Source: Myxococcales bacterium
GTDB lineage: Bacteria > Myxococcota_A > Polyangia > Polyangiales > Polyangiaceae
Reading direction: 5' to 3'
NCBI GenBank assembly: GCA_016704525.1
Contig: JADIZX010000009.1
Span: 42,625-106,624, forward strand
Length of the DNA stretch: 64,000 nt
Of this stretch, positions 37,467 through 46,470 are shown piece by piece (position 1 is the stretch's first letter; each line of letters starts with the position of its first letter). The notes below the pieces were generated by a model. It was not told the origin of the DNA. It searched no databases and saw only the letters and a list, made by a program, of their open reading frames with translations. The translations under genes and the position numbers were made by a program.

Positions 37467-37793
37467 TCAGTTGCCGTTGACGACCGTGCAGCCCTGCTGC
37501 CAGATGCCGAGGATGTTGGTGCCGTGGAACTCCACCGAGTGGACGTCCGTGACGCCAGCGGCCTTCTTGGCGGCGCCGAGCGAGCCGTCGCCCCAGGACG
37601 CGATCCCGAGGACGCCCGACACGCAGGCCTCGCCGTTCTTCGCGCCGGTCTTGGCCGCGCCCGCGGTCTCGTTGCGGGCCATGCCGTGCGGGATGGTGGA
37701 GCCGTTGTACGCGGAGCCGTTGGGGTAGCCGGCGCCACAGCCAACGACGACCGCGAGAATGCTGCCACACGCGAAAAGTCCGAGCTTGTTCAT
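37467..37793 (-). CDS. Small secreted lipoprotein (~108 aa)
   Basis: Signal and lipobox MNKLGLFACGSILAVVVGCG. Gly/Ala-rich mature region. AT-richer promoter-like region just upstream. Clean terminator downstream. Confidence 0.55.
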   Translation of the reverse strand: MNKLGLFACGSILAVVVGCGAGYPNGSAYNGSTIPHGMARNETAGAAKTGAKNGEACVSGVLGIASWGDGSLGAAKKAAGVTDVHSVEFHGTNILGIWQQGCTVVNGN

Positions 37794-37838
37794 TCGATAT
37801 CTCCCTAGGTTCTTCTTCACGAAAACTTGCCTGGCGTT

Positions 37839-38516
37839 TTAAGGACTCTCCGACCGCCCCGAGGTGTCTGCCGGTTTCGGCAGGGCCGGGACCAGGTCGA
37901 ATCGAAATGAGATCGTCAGGCCCTGAGCGGTGTACCCCATCCCGAAGAGTCTCCACAAGTACTCGGTGTGCGCGCCCACAGCCAAACGAAATCTACCCGT
38001 GTGCACCGCGACAGCGAGCCCCGCGCGGGGTGCGAAAATGTCGACGCTCCATTCGCCACGCGCCGCGCTAACCCCGAGCAATCCCAGGCCTATTTGGGCC
38101 TCCATTTCCAGGGGGCCGGCCTTGATCCCGCTGGCGTATCCCAGCTGGACGAGCGTCCAAAGGTATGTCTTGGAGTCGAAGGCGCGAAATACGGTACGCA
38201 GCGAGCCGGCCAGGTAGAGGTGCTCTGTCGCGGCGGTGGTGGTCTGCCCCGCCCCGAGCTCGACCGTGCCTAGGCGCAGCGGCTCGCCGCGCGCGCGGTA
38301 CCACACGGGGCCGCCGTCAGCCTCGAGCCCCACGGTCGTGTTGGAAGCGTCGAAGAGCCCCGCGCGCTTCGTGGTGCTCTTCTTCGGCAACGCGCGAGGA
38401 TCTTCCTCCGCGGGCGGCACGCCGGGCACGCGCGTCCAGTCGACGCCCTGCGCGCGGGCGGGCCGCGGCGCGAGGCCGAGCGCCAGAAGGCACAGCCCCG
38501 CCAGCGCTCGCTTCAC
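37839..38516 (-). CDS. Hypothetical secreted protein (possible small beta-barrel/OMP-like)
   Basis: Signal peptide VKRALAGLCLLALGLAPRPARAQG. C-terminal alternating hydrophobic pattern. GTG start overlaps the upstream stop (GTGA), so probably an operon with the lipoprotein at 38513. Confidence 0.5.
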   Translation of the reverse strand: MKRALAGLCLLALGLAPRPARAQGVDWTRVPGVPPAEEDPRALPKKSTTKRAGLFDASNTTVGLEADGGPVWYRARGEPLRLGTVELGAGQTTTAATEHLYLAGSLRTVFRAFDSKTYLWTLVQLGYASGIKAGPLEMEAQIGLGLLGVSAARGEWSVDIFAPRAGLAVAVHTGRFRLAVGAHTEYLWRLFGMGYTAQGLTISFRFDLVPALPKPADTSGRSESP

Positions 38517-39520
38517 GGGCGGCCCGCGCCGCGGTCGAGGGCGTCGGGGAAGGGACCAAAGCGCTGGTCGGCGAGCGCGCGGACGGCCCGCGCGATGCGC
38601 GGATCGCCGGGCTGGGGCGGCGCCGGATCGCGGTCGAAGAGGCGCGTGGCTTCGGACGCGAACGCGAGGATCTCGGGCCGAACGCTGAGCTCGCCGTTGC
38701 CGCTGACGGCGAGGACCGCGCCGATGCGCTGGTCGGCGGTGAAGCGACGGTACACCTCGCGCTTGGCCTCGAAATACGCCCACGCCGCGCCGCGGTTCGG
38801 CAGCGGTCCGAGCGCCGCGACGTAGCGCGACGGCTCGGCGAAGAGCCCCACCGGGTAGGCCTCGCCGCGCGGCACGCCGAGGTAGGTCATGATGGTGCTG
38901 ATCGAGGGCAGGTTGCTCGCGGGCCCCACGGGCGGCGGCTTGCCCCCGCCCGCCTCGACGGAGAGCGCCACGAGCTCGGAGCAATAGAGCGCCGAGTGGT
39001 CGTGCGTGTCGAAGTGCGTGTCGAACTTCACATCGCCGCGCGCGTAGAGAGAGCGCGCGTACGCCGCCATTTTCTCGCCGTCGGTGCCGGGTGGCGGATC
39101 GTAGATCTCGGTGTGGATGTTCGGGCTCGCGTACTCGAAGAGCGGCCGGCGGTACATCTTGCCCGAGATGTTGTCGAGCATGCGCGAGTGGAGCGGCACC
39201 GACGCCACCTCGCCGGTCACGTCGTACACGTACGGCTCGTCGTCCTCGATCGAGAGCACGGCCGCGTGCGTGAACGGGTAGAACTTGTCGGGCAGCATGA
39301 GGAACGCGTAGCTGGTCGCGTCCGGCGACTCGGTGAGCACGATCTGCCCCGAGCGGAGCGGCATCCCGAGGTAGTTGTTCTTGGGCGGCTTCACCCCCGC
39401 GGGCACGCCCCGGTCGATGATGTTCACACGACCCACCGGGCGCGCCATCGCGCAGCCGCTCGCGAGCGCGAGGACCGCTACGCCCAGCACCAGGGCCCCA
39501 AGACCTGGCCGACGGCTCAT
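38513..39520 (-). CDS. Lipoprotein, possibly permuted papain-like amidase (YiiX/C92-like)
   Basis: Lipobox LALASGCA. Candidate catalytic Cys in HSALYCSELV. Globular domain with conserved aromatic residues. Family assignment tentative. Confidence 0.5.
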   Translation of the reverse strand: MSRRPGLGALVLGVAVLALASGCAMARPVGRVNIIDRGVPAGVKPPKNNYLGMPLRSGQIVLTESPDATSYAFLMLPDKFYPFTHAAVLSIEDDEPYVYDVTGEVASVPLHSRMLDNISGKMYRRPLFEYASPNIHTEIYDPPPGTDGEKMAAYARSLYARGDVKFDTHFDTHDHSALYCSELVALSVEAGGGKPPPVGPASNLPSISTIMTYLGVPRGEAYPVGLFAEPSRYVAALGPLPNRGAAWAYFEAKREVYRRFTADQRIGAVLAVSGNGELSVRPEILAFASEATRLFDRDPAPPQPGDPRIARAVRALADQRFGPFPDALDRGAGRP

Positions 39521-39938
39521 CGCCCCCCCCCGTCGGCGGGCTGGGAGACGGGCGCCGCGACGGACCCGACCGGCGCGACGGATGCAGCGGGCGGCGCAGA
39601 AGCCTCCGGGGCTGCGCTGTCGGGGCTGCCCTCTCCGGCGTCGCGAGTGAGCGACGGCATCGGCCCCACGAGATCGCGCCCCTTCGCCGTGCCGTGCGCC
39701 CCGGCTCGGAAGTTCGAGCGCTCGCCCGGCCCTACCTCGCGGAAGTCGGCCCGCAGCGAGTCAGGAATGTGAACGCACGCGAGCGCCCCACACGACACCA
39801 CCCCTGCCAACGCCAGCCCTCGCACACCCATGCGCGCCACATACTCCAAAACCCCACCCGACGTCATGCGCCGCGCGCGCCGCGGCGACCGCTCGGGCAC
39901 GGATCTGACCGCGGCGGTTTGCTGTACGCTTCTGCCAC

Positions 39939-41036
39939 GTGACGCGAGCCTGCGCCTTCCCCGTGGCGGTCCTCGCCGCCGCCCTCGCGTGCGCCACTGT
40001 CGGCGCGGAGAAGCGGGCGTTCGCCGACGAGCCGAAGCCCCGTTCCACCCTCCTGCAGCGCGCCCGCGCGAGCTCCGACCTGCTCGACACGGCGCCCACC
40101 ATCGCGGCGGTCGAGGGCACATGGTCGATCATGCTCCAGGCCGGCACCCTCATGAGCACGCGGGCGTGGCTCGGCCCGTACCCGCGCGGGCTCGCAGCCC
40201 ACGTCGCCACGCGCGCCCTCTACGGCACCACGTGGTCGGTGATGCTCGCCTCGGAGACCCTCCTCGCCCTCACCGTCTCGGGCGGCAGCTTCGCGTGGCT
40301 CGGCGAGGCCCACTACCGGGCCGATCAGCTCTTCGGCGTCGGCGTGCCCGCGGGGTGCGGCTCGTTCGGCGCGAACGGCGGCTGCGGGGTGGGGCTGGGC
40401 GGCTTCGCGGGGCTCCACGCGCGCCTCTCGGGCTCGCCGGTTTGGGTCGAGGTGTCGGGCGGCTGGATCCAGCAGCGCGTGGGCACCGACGCCCAGCGCA
40501 CGCTCGGCGAGTCGACCTGGGTGATGACCCCGATCGGGATCACCGCCGAGGGCGTGGTGAACCGGGGCGGCGCGGTCGAGCTCCGCGCGACCGGCGGACC
40601 CCACCTCCAGTTCGGCATGCACAACGGGCACGTGCACCCCACGGCGCTCGGCGACGAGACCCTCTCGGTCCCCTGGACCGAGCTCTTCCCCATGCACATG
40701 GGCCTCGGGCCGGGCGCGCGCGCCGAGGTGCGGCTCGTGCTTGGCCAGCGGGTCTCCCTCGACCTCGAGGGCGTCTTCACGCCGCTGCTGCTCTCCAGCA
40801 CCGAGGAGCACCCGCGGGCCGTCCTCGCGCCGCTCGGCCCCACGGCCGGCCAGGGATTGCCCACGTGGCGCCGCCTCGCGATAGGTGCAAGCTACATCGA
40901 TCGCGCCGTCCGCGTGGGCCTCTCGTTCTTCGGCGCGGAGCTGTCGGGGCGCCCGGTGACCACGCTCGGACACCAGGCGATCGCCCTGCGGCTCGACTTC
41001 CCGCTCGGGCTCGACTCCCGCGAATCCAGGCGCTAG
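39939..41036 (+). CDS. Hypothetical secreted protein
   Basis: Signal peptide MTRACAFPVAVLAAALACATVGA. Gly-rich, beta-strand-like composition. No recognisable motifs. Confidence 0.5.
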   Translation: MTRACAFPVAVLAAALACATVGAEKRAFADEPKPRSTLLQRARASSDLLDTAPTIAAVEGTWSIMLQAGTLMSTRAWLGPYPRGLAAHVATRALYGTTWSVMLASETLLALTVSGGSFAWLGEAHYRADQLFGVGVPAGCGSFGANGGCGVGLGGFAGLHARLSGSPVWVEVSGGWIQQRVGTDAQRTLGESTWVMTPIGITAEGVVNRGGAVELRATGGPHLQFGMHNGHVHPTALGDETLSVPWTELFPMHMGLGPGARAEVRLVLGQRVSLDLEGVFTPLLLSSTEEHPRAVLAPLGPTAGQGLPTWRRLAIGASYIDRAVRVGLSFFGAELSGRPVTTLGHQAIALRLDFPLGLDSRESRR

Positions 41037-41123
41037 CGCTCCGCGGCCACTGGCGCGAGCCTCGGGCAAGCCTCGCTCCGACGAGGCCGCCGAGCCTCTG
41101 GCTCGTCGAGCAACTCGGGTAGC

Positions 41124-41190
41124 TGCCGAGGAGGAGCGTCGAAGCGCGGCGACGCAAATCGGCGGAAAGCCGACCGAATCAAGCGGTTCG
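41124..41190. repeat. Partial (right-half) copy of the CTAG-terminated MITE-like element
   Basis: About 67 bp roughly 90% identical to 1755-1821 (GGCGAGGAGGAGC...CGGCGACG-AAATCGGCG-AAAGCCGACCGAATCAAGCGGTTCGG-GCTCTAGG). The left TIR is absent here. Confidence 0.5.
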
Positions 41191-41280
41191 GTGCTCTAGG
41201 CAGCCAGGGGTGGGCTGGTGTAACCTCGGCCCGGCCACTCGGCCCTCCGAGCCACGCCCACGCCACCCAGAAAGAGCTCT

Positions 41281-42522
41281 GTGATCTCCTCGAAACTCCC
41301 CCGCACCAAAGAAGACCGCGCGATCTTCTTCGACGAAAAGGCCTGGCTGAACCGCTGGGACCGGCTGACCGAGGAGGGGAAGAAGCTCAAGCGCTGCAAG
41401 CGCTGCCTGTACGGCGAGGATCTCCCGTCCATCAAGTTCGACGAGCTCGGCGTCTGCAACTACTGCGCGATGCACGACAAGCTCGAGGCCGAGTACCAGA
41501 CCGGCTCCGAGGCGGCTTCGCGCCGGTTCTCGGAGATCGTGCAGAGCATCAAGGACGAGGGCCGGGGAAAACCCTACGATCTGGTGGTCGGGGTGAGCGG
41601 CGGCGCCGATTCGTCGTACCTCATCCACCTCGCGAAGGAGCGCGGCCTCCGCCCGCTCGCTGTTCACTACGACAACACGTGGAACTCCACCATCGCGGTG
41701 GAGAACATCCATAGCGTGCTGAAGAAGCACGACGTGGAGCTCAACACCTACGTGGTCGACAACGAGGAGTACGACGAGATTTACCGCGCGTTCCTGCGCT
41801 CTGGCACGATCGACCTCGACTGCCCGACCGATCTCGCCCTCGCGACCGTGCTCAATCGCGTCGCTGAAGAGGTGGGGACGCGCTTCATCTTCGAGGGCCA
41901 CTCCTTCCAGAGCGAGGGCCTGTTCCCCATCGGCTGGCTCTACATGGACGCTCGCTACGTCCAGAGCGTCGTCACGCGCCATGGAAACGTGAAGCTCGAC
42001 ACGTATCCGAGCCTCTGGTTGAAAGACCAACTCCGCTGGATGCTCGCGCGGCGAATCAGGAAGGTACGACCGCTCTGGTATCTCCGGTACGACAAGCCGG
42101 CCGTCAAGGAGATGCTCATCCGAGACTACGGCTGGAAGTGGTACGGCGGTCACCACCTCGAGAACCGGATCACCTCTTTCTGGCACACCTACTTCGCCCC
42201 CCGCAGGTGGAGCATCGACGCCCGCATCGTCGGGCACTCCGCGCACGTTCGCTCGGGCCTCCTGGGCCGCGACGAGGCGGCGGCCGATATCGAGGGACCT
42301 CCGCCTTGCTCCATGGACCAAGTGTTCATGATCATGAAGCGCTGGGGGTTCGACCAGGCCCAATTCGAAGACTTGATGACGCTTCCGTTCCACGGGTATC
42401 GTGAATACGACACGTACAAGACCGTCTTCGAGAGGGGGCGCCCGTTCTTCTACATGCTCGCCAAGCTCGAGCTCATTCCGATGAGCTTCTACGTAAAGTA
42501 CACGTCGAAGGACAACATCTGA
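41281..42522 (+). CDS. N-acetyl-sugar amidotransferase (PP-loop ATPase family, LPS/glycan biosynthesis)
   Basis: Zn-ribbon CKRCLYGEDLP...CNYC and PP-loop SGGADSS, matching the N-acetyl sugar amidotransferase family along its length. Markedly lower GC and different codon usage from its neighbours. Confidence 0.8.
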   Translation: MISSKLPRTKEDRAIFFDEKAWLNRWDRLTEEGKKLKRCKRCLYGEDLPSIKFDELGVCNYCAMHDKLEAEYQTGSEAASRRFSEIVQSIKDEGRGKPYDLVVGVSGGADSSYLIHLAKERGLRPLAVHYDNTWNSTIAVENIHSVLKKHDVELNTYVVDNEEYDEIYRAFLRSGTIDLDCPTDLALATVLNRVAEEVGTRFIFEGHSFQSEGLFPIGWLYMDARYVQSVVTRHGNVKLDTYPSLWLKDQLRWMLARRIRKVRPLWYLRYDKPAVKEMLIRDYGWKWYGGHHLENRITSFWHTYFAPRRWSIDARIVGHSAHVRSGLLGRDEAAADIEGPPPCSMDQVFMIMKRWGFDQAQFEDLMTLPFHGYREYDTYKTVFERGRPFFYMLAKLELIPMSFYVKYTSKDNI

Positions 42523-42654
42523 GGAACGAGATCTCGTGAAGTTGGGTTGGTCCTATTCCCACATGGAGTCGACGCAGATCGCCTGCGTCGAGCAGCTCGC
42601 GTCCACGGGGACCGTGCGCGACGGCGCTGCGCAGCGCGATTCGAGAGGTAGCAA

Positions 42655-43662
42655 GTGAGCGACGCAGGTCTTTCTGAACACTGGAGCGCGGACCGCCTCA
42701 AGCTTCCGTCGCAAATCGCCCCCGACGACTACGTGAAGGCCCTCCTCGCGTCCGTGCCCGAGGAACGATACGACCACTATCGGCTCTACCCTGCGACGGA
42801 CAAGAAGGGCTGGCAGGAGTTCCGGCGAGAGCGCCTGAGAGACGCGCTCGCCGACGAGGAGACCGTCTTCTTCGGCGACATCGTAGATGGCTTGGCGCTG
42901 GCCGTTGGCTGCAAGCTGCCCAGCTGGGACCTGAACCACTTCGGCTTCCCCATCGCGAAGATCACCTGGATGGTCTCGTACAACTTGGCGGGCGCCTCGC
43001 GAGTCATGGCGCGCCTCATGGACGAGTGCATGGCGTTCCTCGCGAGCCGCGGCGTCAAGCTCATCGTCACGAGGGTGGACGGGGACGATCTCGCGAACCT
43101 CCACCTGCTCGAAGATCAGGGGTATCGGTACTACGAGAACTCGCTCTGGTCCGTCATGGACTACTCGAAGATGCCGGCGTCGTTCGAGCGTCCCAACGTT
43201 CGCTTCATCGAAGACGCGGACATCGAGCGGGTGCTCGATCTCGCGGGGCGCTACCAGTACTCGCGCAGCCACTACTACTGCGACGAGCGCATGGATCGCG
43301 CCCGGATCGACGACATGTACCGGGAGTGGTTCAAGACCAGCCTTCGGCGCAAAGAGCCCGTCATGGTCGTCCTCGACGAGGGCGAGGTCATCGGGGGCAT
43401 CGTCTACCGGTTCCAGCCTTCGCTCTCGAAGCATCTGGGCCACAACTACGGCCAGCCCCACCTCATGATGATCGAGCCCCGCTCGCGCGGGAAGGGGCTC
43501 GGCATGGCGATGTTCCAGGGGAGCATGTACCTCATGTCGACCCTCGGCTCCACGTGGCTCGACACGGGCCTCGCGAGCAGGAATCACCCCTCCGCGCGCA
43601 CCACGATCACCTCGGGCTTCCGCCCCGTCTACGAGGAGATCACCTTCCACCGTTGGCTCTGA
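42655..43662 (+). CDS. GNAT-family N-acetyltransferase with extra N-terminal domain
   Basis: GNAT motif A (IGGIVYRF...PRSRGKGLGMAMFQGSM). 335 aa. Lower GC like the upstream amidotransferase. Confidence 0.65.
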   Translation: MSDAGLSEHWSADRLKLPSQIAPDDYVKALLASVPEERYDHYRLYPATDKKGWQEFRRERLRDALADEETVFFGDIVDGLALAVGCKLPSWDLNHFGFPIAKITWMVSYNLAGASRVMARLMDECMAFLASRGVKLIVTRVDGDDLANLHLLEDQGYRYYENSLWSVMDYSKMPASFERPNVRFIEDADIERVLDLAGRYQYSRSHYYCDERMDRARIDDMYREWFKTSLRRKEPVMVVLDEGEVIGGIVYRFQPSLSKHLGHNYGQPHLMMIEPRSRGKGLGMAMFQGSMYLMSTLGSTWLDTGLASRNHPSARTTITSGFRPVYEEITFHRWL

Positions 43663-43941
43663 GCGGCGGCAGCTCGCGAGGTGGCGCGGCTCCGCGCGGG
43701 CGTGGCGGCATCGGCCCGTGTATCAACGGGCTTAGCAGCCCGCGGCGGGCTCGTCAGCCCACCTGCCCCGCGCACTCGACGCGAAAATCCCCCGAGCCGT
43801 CGAACCACACGTCGAAGATGGGGAGGCCATTTCCAAGGACGAACAATGTACGTGCAAGTTGCACGGACGCGAGCTGACTGATCTCTTCGGTGAGCGCCGC
43901 CGCTAGCTTCGCCTCCACGAGGCCCAGGCGTATCAACAGCT

Positions 43942-45141
43942 TCACGGTGAAGCCGCGCGTCGCGACGGCGACCTCGGGGTGGGCCACGAACATCTGCGTC
44001 CCGTAGGCGAGGGTGAGATCAGCGGCACTTGCGAGAAGGGTCCGAGCGCGTCGTCGAGCCTCACGCGAAGCACGGCCCCCTCCACGTGCCCCCCCGGGAG
44101 CGCCGCGTAGAGGGCCTCCGTCGACCCGCTCCAGCGTGCGCTGAAGAACGTCCGCAGGAAGGCGCGCACGAGGTCTCGCCGGGTGCCGTAGTCGTCCGCG
44201 TGGAGCATCGACAACTTGAGATGGCCACAGCCAAGGAGCTCGGGGGTCGACAGCATGTCGAGCAGATGCGGCACCGCCTCGGGAGGGGGGGCCGTGAAGA
44301 ACCTCCGCCACTCCCAGGTCTCGGAGATGCCCTCGACGTGCCGCGCGAGGTCTGGGTGGGCGCGTGCCGCCGCGATGGTCCTATTCCCTGCGGTCGTGTC
44401 CGTGTGCAGGCCACACGCCCCGAAGTCGTCGAGGCGTGCCTCCAGCACGGCGCCCACCTCGGCCTCGGTCATCGCGCGCTTGCGGAGGCTCTCGAGCGCC
44501 GAGAGCGCGAGGAGGATCTCGCCGCCGTCGCCGCCGGGCGTGCCCCAGAGGGCCCCGTGGTCACGCCCGTCGACACACGAGAGGTGCCCGCCCATGAGCA
44601 GGGCGCCGAGCTTCTGCCGGTGGATCGCCCGCGGATCGCCGAGGTGTTCGCGAATGTCTTCCAGGGAGAGCCGTCGACGCTCGGCCTCGAAGTGGGGAGC
44701 GATGCGGGCGATCTTGCCGAGGCGGAGGGGGAGCGCGCGGGTCGTCGCGTAGCCCCGAGAGCGCCACTCCGAGATGCCGCCCCACATGTAGGCGACAAAG
44801 CGCATTCCGCGCCCCTCGAGGGCCTTCGCGAGCGCGGGGGCGCGCTCGTTGGCGCGGTCGACCAGGAGCACCGGGTCGTCGCGATCGAGCGCCTCGACGA
44901 CCTGTCCGAGGTCCTCGGGGCACACCGAGAAAGAGCCAGGGACCCGGCCCATCGGCCCCGAGAGCTCGGCCGCGTCGCGCACGTCGACGAAGTGAAGGAG
45001 GCGGGCGTGCTTCGCGGCGAACGCGGCCGTCAGCGCCGGCTCCTGGCTCGCGCTGCGCACGATGGACTCCGCCCAGGTGAGGCGGAAGCTCCGGAGAGAC
45101 GGCGGGACCGAGCCTATCTCTGGCACGAGGGACGTATCCAT
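43942..45141 (-). CDS. Rhodanese-like (catalytic Cys replaced) domain protein with C-terminal domain of unknown function
   Basis: Rhodanese fold pattern (VDVRDAAEL...GRVPGSFSV...LLVDRANERAPALAKAL...AYMWGGISEW) with Asp in place of the active-site Cys. The C-terminal ~40 aa of this frame is Pro/Ser/Arg junk while an overlapping frame (43754..44311) looks protein-like, so a frameshift is possible. Confidence 0.5.
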   Translation of the reverse strand: MDTSLVPEIGSVPPSLRSFRLTWAESIVRSASQEPALTAAFAAKHARLLHFVDVRDAAELSGPMGRVPGSFSVCPEDLGQVVEALDRDDPVLLVDRANERAPALAKALEGRGMRFVAYMWGGISEWRSRGYATTRALPLRLGKIARIAPHFEAERRRLSLEDIREHLGDPRAIHRQKLGALLMGGHLSCVDGRDHGALWGTPGGDGGEILLALSALESLRKRAMTEAEVGAVLEARLDDFGACGLHTDTTAGNRTIAAARAHPDLARHVEGISETWEWRRFFTAPPPEAVPHLLDMLSTPELLGCGHLKLSMLHADDYGTRRDLVRAFLRTFFSARWSGSTEALYAALPGGHVEGAVLRVRLDDALGPFSQVPLISPSPTGRRCSWPTPRSPSRRAASP

Positions 45142-45348
45142 CCGCAAAGAGTACGCCGCCCCGCGCGGGCCCCCGCGAGAATTGCGGGCTTCGCAGCCCG
45201 ATCGCCGGGGCGCCGGGGCGCCGCCGCGGACACGACCGCCGGGGACCTGGGCACGTGCCCACCGTCCGCGCACGCCTGCCACCGGGGCCGCCTCGCGCGG
45301 GCGTTCCTCCTCACGCTCGGCCGGATTGTGGCCTATAGAGACGGCTCG

Positions 45349-45963
45349 ATGGGTCTCTCGCCTGCCCTCCCGGGTTCGTCACGGTCACGCGCGGCGCGTC
45401 CGGCTACGCCGCGCGCGAGCGCCCACCTGCTCCTCGGCGCCATCGCGCCCATGCTGCTCACGGGCTGCATTCGCGGCTTCACGCGCGCGGAGACCGGCGC
45501 CGCGTACAACCTCGCCGCGCGCGACGGCCACTCGGGGCAGGTGTTCTCGGTCGACACCGCGATCGGGGTGGACGCCAAGACCGTCAAGTGGATCGACGGG
45601 GGGCCGCTGCCGTTCGCGGTGCACACGTCAGGCACGGCGATCCTCGCGCCGGATCGCAAGGTGTTCGGCTGGGGCACGGGGCTCGCGTACTACGGCTCGC
45701 CGCGGCCAATCTCCGGCTACCTGCTCGGCGGCACGTCGCTCCACTTCGACGAGATCAATGGCAAGTTCAGCTTCGGCAACGTGAGCCCGTACGGCGAGGT
45801 CGGTATCCTCACGTCGGTCCCGGCGCGCCACCGGCCCGAGGGCAACGGGCTCATCTTGAGCTTAGGCCTCCAGGGCGCGACGTACTTCAACTATCTCGTC
45901 AAGGGCAACGAGGTCGACGGCTTCCTCCTCGTGAAGCTGGGAGTCGGCTGGGAAGTGAACTGA
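45349..45963 (+). CDS. Hypothetical lipoprotein
   Basis: Lipobox LGAIAPMLLTGC. Gly/aromatic-rich beta-type composition. 204 aa. Confidence 0.6.
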   Translation: MGLSPALPGSSRSRAARPATPRASAHLLLGAIAPMLLTGCIRGFTRAETGAAYNLAARDGHSGQVFSVDTAIGVDAKTVKWIDGGPLPFAVHTSGTAILAPDRKVFGWGTGLAYYGSPRPISGYLLGGTSLHFDEINGKFSFGNVSPYGEVGILTSVPARHRPEGNGLILSLGLQGATYFNYLVKGNEVDGFLLVKLGVGWEVN

Positions 45964-46375
45964 GCGCGCGCCCGCGGTCGAGACCTTTCGCGTCTTCGCG
46001 TGAGGCGAGCGACCGCGACCCGGTCCGGGTAGCGCTCTAGCTAGCTAAGCTAGTCGCTGCGCTTTCGGCTCCGGGACCGCTTGCTCCGGGTCCGGCACCT
46101 CAGGCTTGGGGCCGGTCACTTTTTCCCTTTCTCGGCCGCCTCTCGCTCCCGCTCCGCGCGCTTTGCCATGGCCTCCGCGGGCGGGCCTCACTTCCAGGTT
46201 CGCCATCGCCCGTGGTGAAGCGGTTGAAGCGGTCGCCGCGGTGGAGATCGCCGCACACGCGGGGGACGCCACCCAAGAAGCGGCCGACCGATGCGTCGTC
46301 CTCGGGGATCGGTTGGTGGCGCTCCTCACGGGCCTCATCCGCCGCTGAGGGTTCGCGCTCGCCGCCCGCGGCTTC

Positions 46376-46441
46376 GGGTCGCGGTCGCGGTCGGGGGTCG
46401 GGGTCGCGGTCGGGGGTCGCGGGTCGGGGTCGCGGTCGGGT
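46376..46441. repeat. GC-rich tandem repeat (GGTCGCGGTCGGGG-like units, ~5 copies) in a gene-poor intergenic region
   Basis: Read directly from the sequence. Confidence 0.7.
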
Positions 46442-46470
46442 GGCGTTGGTCTTTTCCCGACACACTCTAG

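Noticed and set aside
39521-39938. ORF 39517..40122 (-) and others in the 420-bp divergent intergenic region
   Set aside because: Composition is Arg/Pro-rich. It overlaps the signal peptide of the + strand gene and lacks motifs. It is treated as a promoter region for the two divergent secreted-protein genes.
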